Shown here: in pieces, positions 13,802 through 37,343 of the stretch
Layout of the letters: each line of letters starts with the position of its first letter
How positions within the stretch are numbered: position 1 is the first letter of the stretch
NCBI GenBank assembly: GCA_950097015.1
Contig: CATNEN010000014.1
Span: 1,922,001 to 1,986,000, forward strand
Direction: 5' to 3'
Length of the DNA: 64,000 nucleotides
Source: Macrostomum hystrix
Taxonomy: Eukaryota; Animalia; Platyhelminthes
Notes under the pieces: model-generated
Databases searched by the model: none
What the model was told of the DNA's origin: nothing
The model's input: the letters and a program-made list of their open reading frames with translations, nothing else
Position numbers and translations under genes: made by a program

Positions 13802-14163
13802 AAGGTTCGGCTGTCCTTTGAGTAGCGGTAGCAGCTCAATGCGAAATGTAAAATTTTTCGGTTGCACTTTTCGGATGCACTTTAGGATAACACTGCACAG
13901 AGGACAGGAAACACTTCATCTGCCATTTCTGCTGCCTACTTGTCACGGACTTCTGGATCTAGCAGCGCAGGGCCATTAATTAGGCAATGATTTTATGCAT
14001 ACAGCCAGCAATGGTGCGAAATAACTAAAGCTAAAATAACAGTCCGTTAATTTACGAGCTATTAATAGGTTTGAATATGAAAGGGAAAATTTGGATTGCT
14101 AAACCCACCCAAGTCATTGGCCAAATAGACGTCGGTTCGATCCTAAATTTGGCATTGTGTGAC

Positions 14164-14508
14164 TAGTCTAGCAATCCATTCTTAAACTCTCATAATCTTC
14201 GGGCTAGTCTAGCAATCCATTCTTAAACTCTCATAATCTTCGGGCTGGTCTAGCAATCCATTCTTAAACTCTCATAATCTTCGGGCTAGTCTAGCAATCC
14301 ATTCTTAAACTCTCATAATCTTCGGGCTAGTCTAGCAATCCATTCTTAAACTCTCATAATCTTCGGGCTAGTCTAGCAATCCATTCTTAAACTCTCATAA
14401 TCTTCGGGCTGGTCTAGCAATCCATTCTTAAACTCTCATAATCTTCGGGCTGGTCTAGCAATCCATTCTTAAACTCTCATAATCTTCGGGCTGGTCTAGC
14501 AATCCATT
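14164..14508. repeat. 41-bp tandem repeat, ~8 near-identical copies
   Basis: Unit TAGTCTAGCAATCCATTCTTAAACTCTCATAATCTTCGGGC; no unique spacers. Confidence 0.95.
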
Positions 14509-14582
14509 CGTAAAACGCCCATCATCTGTGGGCAATTTTAATCGTCCTTTCGTCCTATCGGCGAGTAGCTGCTCCAGCTCGC

Positions 14583-14825
14583 TCAGCTCCAGGTCTCATC
14601 CCGTCGGATCTGCCAGTGTCGCCGCAGCTGCTGCATGGCAACCGCCTGGCCGCACCGGAGGCCCTCCTCAGCTATCCCTGAGCCACCGGCTCGCACCTGC
14701 GGATTCGATCTCGGGCTGCTTAGCCTTCTCAGGTTGCTCTTCTGGCCGGGGCCGGTGCTGCCTTCATGCTGGAGCTTCGCTCGACACAGGCTGGAGCACA
14801 GCTGGCTGCCCCTGGCTGACATGGC
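14583..14825 (-). CDS. Possible terminal exon of the second iGluR-like module
   Basis: GC-rich island between arrays; acceptor TTGGCAG at 14826-14827, phase 0 fits the donor at 17114; open to TGA. No recognisable homology. Confidence 0.25.
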   Translation of the reverse strand, partial: AMSARGSQLCSSLCRAKLQHEGSTGPGQKSNLRRLSSPRSNPQVRAGGSGIAEEGLRCGQAVAMQQLRRHWQIRRDETWS

Positions 14826-14844
14826 CTGCCAATTCGAAGTTATC

Positions 14845-16185
14845 CCAACTGACTCAAATCCCAACTCACTCGAATTCCAACTCACAGAATCCCAACTGAC
14901 TGAAATCCCAACTCACAGAATCCCAACTGACTGAAATCCCAACTCACAGTATCCCAACTCACAGAATCCCAACTCACTCAAATTCCAACTCACTCAAATC
15001 CCAACTCACAGAATCCCAACTGACAGAAATCCCAACTCACAGAATCCCCACTGACTAAAATCCCAACTCACAGAATCCCAACTCACTCAAATCCCAACTC
15101 ACTCAAATCCCAACTCACAGAATCCCAACTGACTGAAATCCCAACTCACAGTATCCCAACTCACTCAAATCCCAACTCACTCAAATCCCAACTCACAGAA
15201 TCCCAACTGACTGAAATCCCAACTCACAGAATCCCAACTGACTGAAATCCCAACTCACTCAAATCCCAACTCACTCAAATCCCAACTCACAGAATCCCAA
15301 CTCACAGAATCCCAACTGACTGAAATCCCAACTCACAGAATCCCCACTGACTAAAATCCCAACTCAGAATCCCAACTGACTGAAATCCCAACTCACAGTA
15401 TCCCAACTCACTCAAATCCCAACTCACTCAAATCCCAACTCACAGAATCCCAACTGACAGAAATCCCAACTCACAGAATCCCCACTGACTAAAATCCCAA
15501 CTCACAGAATCCCAACTCACTCAAATCCCAACTCACTCAAATCCCAACTCACAGAATCCCAACTGACTGAAATCCCAACTCACAGTATCCCAACTCACTC
15601 AAATCCCAACTCACTCAAATCCCAACTCACAGAATCCCAACTGACTGAAATCCCAACTCACAGAATCCCAACTGACTGAAATCCCAACTCACTCAAATCC
15701 CAACTCACTCAAATCCCAACTCACAGAATCCCAACTCACAGAATCCCAACTGACTGAAATCCCAACTCACAGAATCCCCACTGACTAAAATCCCAACTCA
15801 GAATCCCCACTGACTGAAATCCCAACTCACAGTATCCCAACTCACTCAAATCCCAACTCACTCAAATCCCAACTCACTCAAATCCCAACTCACAGAATCC
15901 CAACTGACTGAAATCCCAACTCACAGAATCCCAACTGACTGAAATCCCAACTGACTGAAATCCCAACTCAATCAAATCCCAACTGACTGAAATCCCAACT
16001 CACAGAATCCCAACTCACTGAAATCCCAACTCACAGAATCCCAACTCACTGAAATCCCAAATCACTGAAATCCCAAATCACTGAAATCCCAAATCACTGA
16101 AATCCCAAATCACTGAAATCCCAAATCACTGAAATCCCAAATCACTGAAATCCCAAATCACTGAAATCCCAAATCACAGATATCC
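14845..16185. repeat. 15/16-bp minisatellite (AATCCCAACTCACAG / AATCCCAACTGACTGA)
   Basis: Directly visible. Confidence 0.95.
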
Positions 16186-16577
16186 TTTTCTGGCCTAGCG
16201 CAAACCTAAAATGAACTCCGCACATTTAATCAAAATCAGTTTCGGATAGAGAACAGGAAAAGGGGAGACATTTTTGGCTATTTCTACTCACTTCTCTGGC
16301 CAGCTGCTGTTCTCAATTCCTAAATTAGCACGGCTCATTTGAGAAGCTTAAAACAGCTCAAAGTTGAGGATGACATGAGAGTTTTAGCAGTGCTGGGAGC
16401 TCTGAAGTATGAGCTGCAGCTCACCGCCACCTGGGGGGAGCTTGTCATTCTTCCAAGTTTATCTGACATCGAATAATCTGCCTGTGCAAGCCATTTAACT
16501 ATGCTACACTGGGACTTACGTACTCAAATCTAATAGATGTCACTATTATAATTCATAACCAGTCGCAATGTTACACA

Positions 16578-17113
16578 CCACGTCACTCTGTTCCGAACCA
16601 TGTCACTCTGTTCCGAACCATGTCACTCTGTTCCGAACCAAGTCACTCTGTTCCGAACCATGTCACTCGGTTGCAAACCATGTCACTCGCTTGCAAACCA
16701 ACTCGGTTGCAAACCATGTCACTCTGTTCCAAACCATGTCACTCGGTCGCAAACCATATCACTCGGTTGCAAGCCATATCACTCGGTTGCAAACCATATC
16801 ACTCGGTCGCAAACTATATCACTCGGTTGCAAGCCATGTCACTCTGTTGCAAGCCATATCACTCGGTTGCAAACCATATCACTCGGTTGCAAGCCATGTC
16901 ACTCTGTTGCAAGCCATATCACTCGCTTGCAAACCATATCACTCGGTCGCAAACTATATCACTCGGTTGCAAACCATATCACTCGGTTGCAAGCCATGTC
17001 ACTCTGTTGCAAGCCATGTCACTCGGTTGCAAGCCATGTCACTTGGTTGCAAGCCATGTCACTCGGTTGCAAGCCATGTCACTCGGTTGCAAGCCATGTC
17101 ACTCGGTTGCAAA
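16578..17113. repeat. 20-bp minisatellite (ATGTCACTCGGTTGCAAGCC)
   Basis: Directly visible; ends at the donor of the second M4 exon. Confidence 0.95.
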
Positions 17114-17114
17114 C

Positions 17115-17867
17115 CTTTGTCTTCGCCGCGTCGGCTTTGAAGCAGCGCTGCCAGGCGATTTCGACCGCCGCGGCCACGGGGCCAAGCAGCATGGCTGCGG
17201 CCAACAGCACGAAGGAGCCCAGCACGTGGTCCAGGGTGAGCTCGCTGTGTCGCAGCGGCTCGTTACGCTGCGGGCAGCGCTGGGCCAACCGCCTGAGGGC
17301 TGCCGTGCTGGCACCGGCGTGTCTGCAGGACTGCACAGTTCGTTGGCGGATCACTGGGTGAAAATCCTCCGATTGGCCTTATCCAGAATCTTAGAATTAA
17401 CCAAGCTTAACTTATATACAATTCACAATCAGCCTTACTTCTCTATCTTTCATTGCCTTCTGATTGGCTGGTGCTGAATGATTTCTAGCGCCCCTCAGAT
17501 AGCTGTTTTATCTTTACTCCTTACTCGCCTCTGATTGGCTGCTGTTTCACCATCATACCCAGAACTATCTAAATCTCTCTATCCCATGCTTGCCTCTGAT
17601 TGGCTGATGCATCTATTGGCTCTACAAAGTAATAGCAGTAAGGAATGCTAACTTTTACGGACGAAGCACCTCCCGCGCCGCCGCACTGGCTGTCATTGGC
17701 AACTCCTGAATCCTTGTTCCGGCGCGAACCATCGGTCCGGCCGAAGTCGACCAGGTAGTCCACAGCTCTGCGATCCACCGCCCAATAGTAGAGCTTCAGG
17801 CGTTCCAAGATCTGCCGATCCCTGAACTCCAGAATCTTCTTAGTCAACAAGTCCGTGTAGGGCGAGC
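17115..17867 (-). CDS. Second, diverged iGluR S2-end/pre-M4 exon (17653-17867) and M4 exon (17115-17330, or from 17353)
   Basis: GSPYTDLLTKKILEFRDRQILERLKLYYW aligns ungapped to exon 15 of the upstream iGluR (13/29 identical) with the same phase-1 acceptor. LTLDHVLGSFVLLAAAMLLGPVAAAVEIAWQ aligns to its M4 (10/31). Ends at donor AAG|GTTTGC. Confidence 0.65.
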
Positions 17868-18424
17868 CTGCTCGCGGAATTTAAAGTTCAGGGCCGCATG
17901 GTCGTTCCAGACACACAAAAACTGAGATTTCGGACAGGGGGAGAAAAGTGCAATAGATAAACATCATCCCGTATGATCTAGTGGCCACTTGCCCCCGCTG
18001 CAGCTGGAGTCGACCCAGCCGTAAATGTATGGCAGCAGCCTGGTTGTCACGTGACCTCCAGCCTCTGTTTATTCGCTGCACTGGGAGTGACAGCGGCCCC
18101 GGGGCAATCAAATAGAGAGCCGTATGGCCCGCTCTGAGCAGAAATTTCGGCCAGCAGGCGGTGTTTATGGCCGCTGGGGTAAAAGCTGTCGCCTACTAGA
18201 CCCCGCTTTTAGCCAGCATTTCTGCTTACATGGACTGGAATTTATCTGGCTAATGAGCAAGGCGTTCACCTTCTGTCGCATCAATACTCCACTTCGCAAT
18301 TGGTAAAGTGAGCTTCGTACTCTATTGGAGATGACACGGATAGAAAAGAACGTAAAAAAAACTTCCGCTTGAGGTGGGTGTTGGAAGACATGCTTCGTTA
18401 AGTTAAAGTCCAAGTCCAATTCCA

Positions 18425-18900
18425 AGTGAGATGGGTGAGTGCGATAGAGGAAAAAAAAACCAACGAGGGAGTGAGGTGGGTGTCAGTGTAGAAAAAAGAC
18501 AAACTATGAAGTGAGGTGGGTGCCGGTGTGGAAGAAAAAAAACCAGCTAGGGAGTGAGGTGGGTGCCAGTGTGGAAGGAAAACACAAGCTAGGGAGTGGG
18601 GTGGGTGCCAGAGTAGAAAAAACACCAACTAGAGAGTGAGGTGGGTGCCAGTGTGGAAGGAAAACACAAGCTAGGGAGTGGGGTGGGTGCCAGAGTAGAA
18701 AAAACACCAACTAGAGAGTGAGGTGGGTGCCAGTGTGGAAGGAAAACACAAGCTAGGGAGTGGGGTGGGTGCCAGAGTAGAAAAAACACCAACTAGAGAG
18801 TGAGGTGGGTGCCAGTGTGGAAGGAAAACACAAGCTAGGGAGTGGGGTGGGTGCCAGAGTAGAAAAAACACCAACTAGAGAGTGAGGTGGGTGCCAGTTT
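18425..18900. repeat. ~41-bp alternating (82-bp higher-order) minisatellite
   Basis: GAGTGAGGTGGGTGCCAGTGTGGAAGGAAAACACAAGCTAGG alternating with a variant unit. Confidence 0.9.
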
Positions 18901-19364
18901 GGAAACAAAGCACTAGGGAGTGTGGAGGATGGCAGAGTTGAAAGAGATCTACAACTGGAGTCACAAGGTTGAGAAATCTCAGCTCAAGGAGTTTCTAAGG
19001 GCGTTTTCTAATAAGAACAAAACTTTGCATTTGCTACTGTGTGGAGCATATAAATTATTTTTTCTGAATACATTTATAGCAGATACAAATTCATAAGCTA
19101 TCAACATAAAATCACATGCAGCAATGCTAGTTTTATAGCAAATATATTTTTATCAATGAGAAACAGTCTAGAATGTTCTAAAAAAGTATTCTATTTTTTA
19201 TAATATTAGGGGAGGAATCTAAATTGAACTAAATAAATATATTTGTACGGATTGAAATGTGGATGAGGTGTCTGCTCATGCAAACATGCTTGATGAAATT
19301 AAGCCATATGCTTATTCGCCGCAGTACACAGCAACTTCTCAATATGAGCCTCGAAAACGGCAGT

Positions 19365-29528
<10,164 letters not shown>

Positions 29529-29805
29529 CTGCGACTAGTTTTTGTCTTGACTGCCTGCAATGAAAATTAAATTGTGTTTCAGAATGACTAAAATGAAAAG
29601 TTTGTGAAAATTTGTGAGTTTTAATATAAAATATTGCTGGCAGTTTGAGCTTAACAAAACTGAGCACTTATTCCTAAGTGGGAGAACGCTACACTCGAGG
29701 CAACTGCTGCCAATAGTCTATGGCCTTTATCCTTCACGCCCTGTTCCTGTAGGCTAAGAGGCAGGAATTTGCGCATTTAGTTAATTGCTATTCCACCAAA
29801 GCAGC

Positions 29806-30012
29806 GGACAGACAGACAGACACACAGACAGACAGACAGACAGACACCTAGGACAGACAGACAGACAGACAGACAGACACCTAGGACAGACAGACAGACA
29901 GACAGACAGACACCTAGGACAGACAGACAGACAGACAGACAGACACCTAGGACAGACAGACAGACAGACAGACAGACACCTAGGACAGACAGACAGACAG
30001 ACAGACACCTAG

Positions 30013-30052
<40 letters not shown>

Positions 30053-30110
30053 CCTAGGACAGACAGACAGACAGACAGACAGACTGACAGACAGACATAC
30101 AGACAGACAT

Positions 30111-30165
<55 letters not shown>

Positions 30166-30228
30166 TACAGACAGACACCTAGGACAGACAGACAGACAGG
30201 CAGACAGACAGACAGACAGACAGACAGG

Positions 30229-30274
<46 letters not shown>

Positions 30275-30299
30275 TACAGAGAGACAGACAGACACCTAG

Positions 30300-30379
<80 letters not shown>

Positions 30380-30470
30380 TACAGAGAGACAGACAGACAC
30401 CTAGGACAGACAGACAGACAGGCAGACAGACATACAGACAGACAGACAGACTGGCAGACTGACTGACACA
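29806..30470. repeat. (GACA)n microsatellite with CACCTAGG interruptions
   Basis: Same family as 2886-3693 in the opposite orientation. Confidence 0.96.
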
Positions 30471-31469
30471 CAAGCTGAGAAGGACGGCCGCAGAGTTCAG
30501 AAGCAGAAGCGCCACATACTACTGCTGCTGAATTGCTACTGGCCAATCGGCTTAAAATGAAGACGCAAGCGAAGCGGAGGGGCTGCGTGAGAGGGCGGCT
30601 GCCAGTCAGCTGAAGGCAGCCAGCAGTTGCAATGAATTTAGCTGTGCAGTGCCAGACAATGCCCGCTGCCTCACAGCGCCAGCCAGTGCAGGTTGGGGGG
30701 AGGCATCGGCAGCCTTGCGTGGGGATTCGGAACAACGAATCCCCGCTCGGTGGGAAGTCGAATGCCAGGTCGAGTTTTCTGGGGGGAGGGGAGAATTTTC
30801 CGAGGATTTCTTTGCAGCGAGGACTAGGGGATTATTCAGGACGGAGCGACTAATTCGCCTCCCATTGCTGGGGCCGGTGGGGATTTTTTGTGTAGCCCTG
30901 GCGCGGGCCTATTTTTTTCCAATCTGCATTCTTCCCAATGCGAGCGCGAGGTCCCACGGCCAGCAGAGCTACCAGGGTGGTTGGATGGGATTTCTGGGAC
31001 TGCAGGGCTGCAGGGCTGCAGGTCTGGGCTGCAGGTTGGCCAACTGAAAGCTACTGACAGTCGGCTGCACCCCAGCTGCAGGCATTGCTGCAGTAGGTCA
31101 GATGCCCGGTCTTGGCTGCAGCTTTCCCACTGCCAGATTGTCCCAGGCGATAAGCTGTCTTCAGCGATAACCCTGGACTGAATTCGGCGGTGTAGAAAAG
31201 GCGCCGCAAATATTGAGACATTTCCGGGCGGGAAGATGGGATGGCTGGGGTGCTGCCAATGATGCCTCATTTGTTGCAGAAACGTTTTATTGCTTTAAGA
31301 TTGCTACTTTGGATCACAGAATATTCTGTAAACTTCTGTGAAATTCTGTGCTTCGGATATTTTTTCAATTTTTTTATGTTAATTTAAAAGCCTTCGGAAC
31401 TTGGCAATGATAATTTCATCAGTCAGGCTTGTTGGAGGGAAAGAACATGCGAGAGAAGAGAGATGGAAG

Positions 31470-32060
31470 TGAGTGTAGAGAGGAGTCAGAGATAAGAGGA
31501 GAGAGAGAGATAAGGATAGGAAGGGAGGACATAGGAGAGAGAGATTGGGAGTGAGGGTGGGAGAGAGAAGAGAGTGGAAGAAAGGAGAGGGTTAGAGAGA
31601 GGGAGAGAGGGAGAGAGAAGGAGAGAGAGGAGAGAGAGGGAGAGAGAGGGGTTAGAGGAGAGAGAGAGGGAGAGAGGAGAGAGAGAGGGAGAGAGAGAGG
31701 GAGAGAGGGAGAGAGAGGGAGAGAGAGGAGAGAGAGGGAGAAAGGAAAGATAGGGAGAGAGAGGGGTTAGAGGAGAGAGAGGGAGAGAGAGGAGAGAGAG
31801 GGAGAGAGAGAGCGGAAGAGAGGAGAGAGGACGCTGCCCATTGAGTTAATAAAAAAATCTAATGATGGAATCGATTCCGATATGTATCGAAAAAATTGAA
31901 ATCCGGATTCGAACCAAGGCGAATCCAGACGCGTTTCGCTCTTGTTGGAGCTCATCAGTAGAGTCTAGCCTTGCGCTTTAGCCATTCGGCTAAAGAGAGG
32001 GAGAGAGGGGGAGAGAGGAGAGAGAGGAGAGAGAGGAGAGAGGGAGAGAGAGGGAGAGAT
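31470..32060. repeat. GA-rich low-complexity tracts
   Basis: Directly visible. Confidence 0.85.
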
Positions 32061-32087
32061 AAAGTGAAGATGCGGATGCGGACTCAC

Positions 32088-32165
32088 TGTTAAACGTTGG
32101 TCAAGGTGAAGCCTCTAATCCGCTGTAGGCTGTCCCTGTCCTTCACCGTCGGTTGTCCGGTCGCC
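32088..32165 (-). other. Possible 5' UTR exon of the iGluR gene
   Basis: Flanked by acceptor TTTCCAG (32166-32167) and donor GTGAGT (32087). iGluR coding exon 1 is itself preceded by an acceptor at 29555-29556, so upstream UTR exons are expected. Confidence 0.3.
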
Positions 32166-32469
32166 CTGGAAATTTAGTTTTTATTTCAACTTGGCGAAGC
32201 CCGCAAAACTTGGCGGACGGCCCAGTTTCGGAATGCGGGATGAGTCTGGGTGAAATCTAGACTAGCTAGTCCGCTATGGCCCCGGCTACGAATTGGGGAA
32301 TGTTCCGTTTTGTAGAAGATTTTCGAGATAGCGAAAATGGCTGGGGCAACGACCTGGCTGCACTTTGCGAGCTGCTGGCCGCCTCTGGATTGGTCCGCCT
32401 GATAAGAGACCGCAGACTAGGAGGGGAGAGTTCGCGAACGGTTGCAGGAAGTCAGAGACTGTCAGAAGA

Positions 32470-33950
32470 ATGGGAGGTTGTGACAGGGAATGAGAGATTG
32501 TGACAGGGAATGAGAGATTGTGACAGGGAATGGGAGGTTGTGACAGGGAATGGGAGATTGTGACAAGGATTGGGAGGTTGTGACAAGGAATGGGAGGTTG
32601 TGACAGGGAATGGGAGGTTGTGACAAGGATTGGGAGGTTGTGACAGGGAATGGGAGATTGTGACAGGGAATGGGAGATTGTGACAAGGATTGGGAGGTTG
32701 TGACAGGGAATGGGATATTGTGACAGGGAATGGGATATTGTGACAGGGATTGGGAGGTTGTGACAAGGAATGGGAGATTGTGACAAGGAATGGGAGGTTG
32801 TGACAGGGAATGGGAGATTGTGACAGGGAATGGGAGGTTGTGACAGGGAATGGGAGATTGTGACAGGGAATGGGAGGTTGTGAGAGGGAATGGGAGTGTG
32901 AGAGGGAATGGGAGTGTGAGAGGGAATGGGAGTGTGAGAGGGAATGGGAGTGTGAGAGCGAATGGGAGTGTGAGAGGGAATGGGAGTGTGAGAGGGAATG
33001 GGAGTTTGAGAGGGAATGGGAGTGTGAGAGGGAATGGGAGTGTGAGAGGGAATGGGAGTGTGAGAGGGAATGGGAGTGTGAGAGGGAATGGGAGATTGTG
33101 ACAAGGAATGGGAGGTTGTGACTGGGAATGGGAGGTTGTGACAGGGAATGGGAGATTGTGACAGGGAATGGGAGATTGTGACAGGGAATGGGAGATTGTG
33201 ACAAGGAATGGGAGGTTGTGACAGGGAATGGGAGATTGTGACAGGGAATGGGAGGTTGTGACAGGGAATGGGAGGTTGTGACAGGGAATGGGAGATTGTG
33301 ACAGGGAATGGAAGATTGTGACAGGGAATGGGAGGTTGTGACAGGGAATGGGAGATTGTGACAAGGAATGGGAGGTTGTGACAGGGAATGGGAGATTGTG
33401 ACAGGGAATGGGAGATTGTGACAAGGAATGGGAGATTGTGACAGGGAATGGGAGATTGTGACAGGGAATGGGAGGTTGTGACAGGGAATGGGAGATTGTG
33501 ACAAGGAATGGGAGGTTGTGACAGGGAATGGGAGATTGTGACAGGGAATGGGAGATTGTGACAAGGAATGGGAGATTGTGACAGGGAATGGGAGATTGTG
33601 ACAGGGAATGGGAGGTTGTGAGAGGGAATGGGAGTGTGAGAGGGAATGGGAGTGTGAGAGGGAATGGGAGTTTGAGAGGGAATGGGAGTGTGAGAGGGAA
33701 TGGGAGTGTGAGAGGGAATGGGAGTGTGAGAGGGAATGGGAGTTTGAGAGGGAATGGGAGTGTGAGAGGGAATGGGAGTGTGAGAGGGAATGGGAGTGTG
33801 AGAGGGAATGGGAGTGTGAGAGGGAATGGGAGTGTGAGAGGGAATGGGAGTGTGAGAGGGAATGGGAGTGTGAGAGGGAATGGGAGTGTGAGAGGGAATG
33901 GGAGTGTGAGAGGGAATGGGAGTGTGAGAGGGAATGGGAGTGTGAGAGGG
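32470..33950. repeat. Compound 20-bp (GGGAATGGGAGATTGTGACA) and 18-bp (GGGAATGGGAGTGTGAGA) minisatellite
   Basis: Directly visible; G3 tracts. Confidence 0.96.
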
Positions 33951-34169
33951 ATCGAGTGCTGGATTTTCAAGGAAATCTGATTGCTGTGCATAATTAGATC
34001 AAGTGCAGCTCCCACTTATCTGAAGAGGAAGAGGACCCGTTATCTCAATCGATGGGAAATCAATTAGTAGAAAAATAGATGGAAAATTGATTGCATATGA
34101 ACTGGGGTTAAGCTGATATCAAGGGAAATTAGGCGAAAAAATCTACATTGACAACAATATATCCCAACA

Positions 34170-34805
34170 TTGCAGCTTTCAACAGTGTCAGCACAATCTT
34201 CAGCTGCAGTCACAGCAGTGTCAGCACAATCTTCAGCTGCAGTCCCAGCAGTGTCAGCACAATCTTCAGCTGCAGTCCCAGCAGTGTCAGCACAATCTTC
34301 AGCTGCAGTCACAGCAGTGTCAGCACAATCTTCAGCTGCAGTCCCAGCAGTGTCAGCACAATCTTCAGCTAGTCACAGCAGTGTCAGCACAATCTTCAGC
34401 TGCAGTCCCAGCAGTGTCAGCACAATCTTCAGCTGCAGTCCCAGCAGTGTCAGCACAATCTTCAGCTGCAGTCACAGCAGTGTCAGCACAATCTTCAGCT
34501 GCAGTCACAGCAGTGTCAGCACAATCTTCAGCTGCAGTCACAGCAGTGTCAGCACAATCTTCAGCTGCAGTCACAGCAGTGTCAGCACAATCTTCAGCTG
34601 CAGTCACAGCAGTGTCAGCACAATCTTCAGCTGCAGTCACAGCAGTGTCAGCACAATCTTCAGCTGCAGTCACAGCAGTGTCAGCACAATCTTCAGCTGC
34701 AGTCACAGCAGTGTCAGCACAATCTTCAGCTGCAGTCACAGCAGTGTCAGCACAATCTTCAGCTGCAGTCACAGCAGTGTCAGCACAATCTTCAGCTGCA
34801 GTCAC
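34170..34805. repeat. 33-bp minisatellite (CAGCAGTGTCAGCACAATCTTCAGCTGCAGTCA)
   Basis: Directly visible; a unit length divisible by 3 explains the ORFs. Confidence 0.95.
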
Positions 34806-35134
34806 ATCAATTTGTATTTGTTTTTCCACTATACTGCTCACAAAACGAGTTGGTCGCAGGGAAAGTAACGTGGCGGCAGATCTCATGATCCCATGATCCC
34901 ATGATCCATGATCCCATGATCCCATGATCCCATGATCATACGATCACATTAGCTAAAGCAATGAAGTCAGGTTTCGCAGATAATCCCCAGCATGTCATTA
35001 TCAAAGTCGGTCTGTGAGCACCCTGCTCAAGCCACATTGGATAGATGTCCTGCTTATATCAGAAGGCCCAAGCCTTCTACTGATTTTGCGTGACACGAAG
35101 GCCTGAGCTTCAGTCTTTACATTTGCGTGACAGA

Positions 35135-35430
35135 ACTCAGGCTAAACAGAACTCAGGCTGAACAGAACTCAGGCTAAACAGAACTCAGGCTAAACAGAAC
35201 TCAGGCTAAACAGAACTCAGGCTAAACAGAACTCAGGCTAAACAGAACTCAGGCTAAACAGAACTCAGGCTAAACAGAACTCAGGCTAAACAGAACTCAG
35301 GCTAAACAGAACTCAGGCTAAACAGAACTCAGGCTAAACAGAACTCAGGCTAAACAGAACTCAGGCTAAACAGAACTCAGGCTAAACAGAACTCAGGCTA
35401 AACAGAACTCAGGCTTAACAGAACTCAGGC
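35135..35430. repeat. 16-bp tandem repeat (AACAGAACTCAGGCTA), ~18 copies
   Basis: Directly visible. Confidence 0.95.
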
Positions 35431-35887
35431 CCAGCAAGCCTAATATGACGAGTAGATTTATGTGGTCTCATTGAAACAGGTTTCTAGTCTCTTCAATACT
35501 AAATCGGACGTTATTAATGCGCTGAGAAGATGTTGCTGAGCAGAAAAAGTGAGTACTGATTACCCGTGTCCAAGGTATGCAAAAGTTGCATTTAATTACA
35601 CGCTTTGCTCAAACTAATTCAAACTCAAATATCAGCTGAGGTATTATCTGTGTTCATCGAGTCGCATTATTTAGTTGCGATAATATTTCTACTCCAAAGT
35701 AGTAACAAGCGCGCATGCGACCACACGGATACAAAAAGCTGGCAAAAGCCACTCTCGAAGACAGGACGTGGACAACGAAGCATTCTATAAATCATTTGTA
35801 CTCCTTTACTGCAAGTGAAAATCAAATAAAATCAAGTTTCTATAATCAGGTCGACAATCAGAGACAGGAGTCAGTCAAGCGAGTCGC

Positions 35888-37343
<1,456 letters not shown>

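Noticed and set aside
14164-14508. CRISPR-like appearance of regular 25-42 bp arrays (also 24430-25083, 26706-26940, 47012-47420)
   Set aside because: Units are head-to-tail with no unique spacers, there are no cas genes, and the context is eukaryotic.
17940-18321. Possible S2 exons of a separate iGluR paralog (52-nt exon-like segment 18270-18321; GQVATRSYGMMF near 17960)
   Set aside because: Phases do not join, there is no phase-1 donor to 17867, and the similarity is too weak. Retained only as an alternative explanation for the second module.
30054-30515. Signal-peptide-like ORF (VALLLLNSAAVLLSLC) as iGluR exon 1
   Set aside because: No ATG, a stop directly upstream, and it runs into a microsatellite; a better exon 1 with the correct phase exists at 29411-29528.
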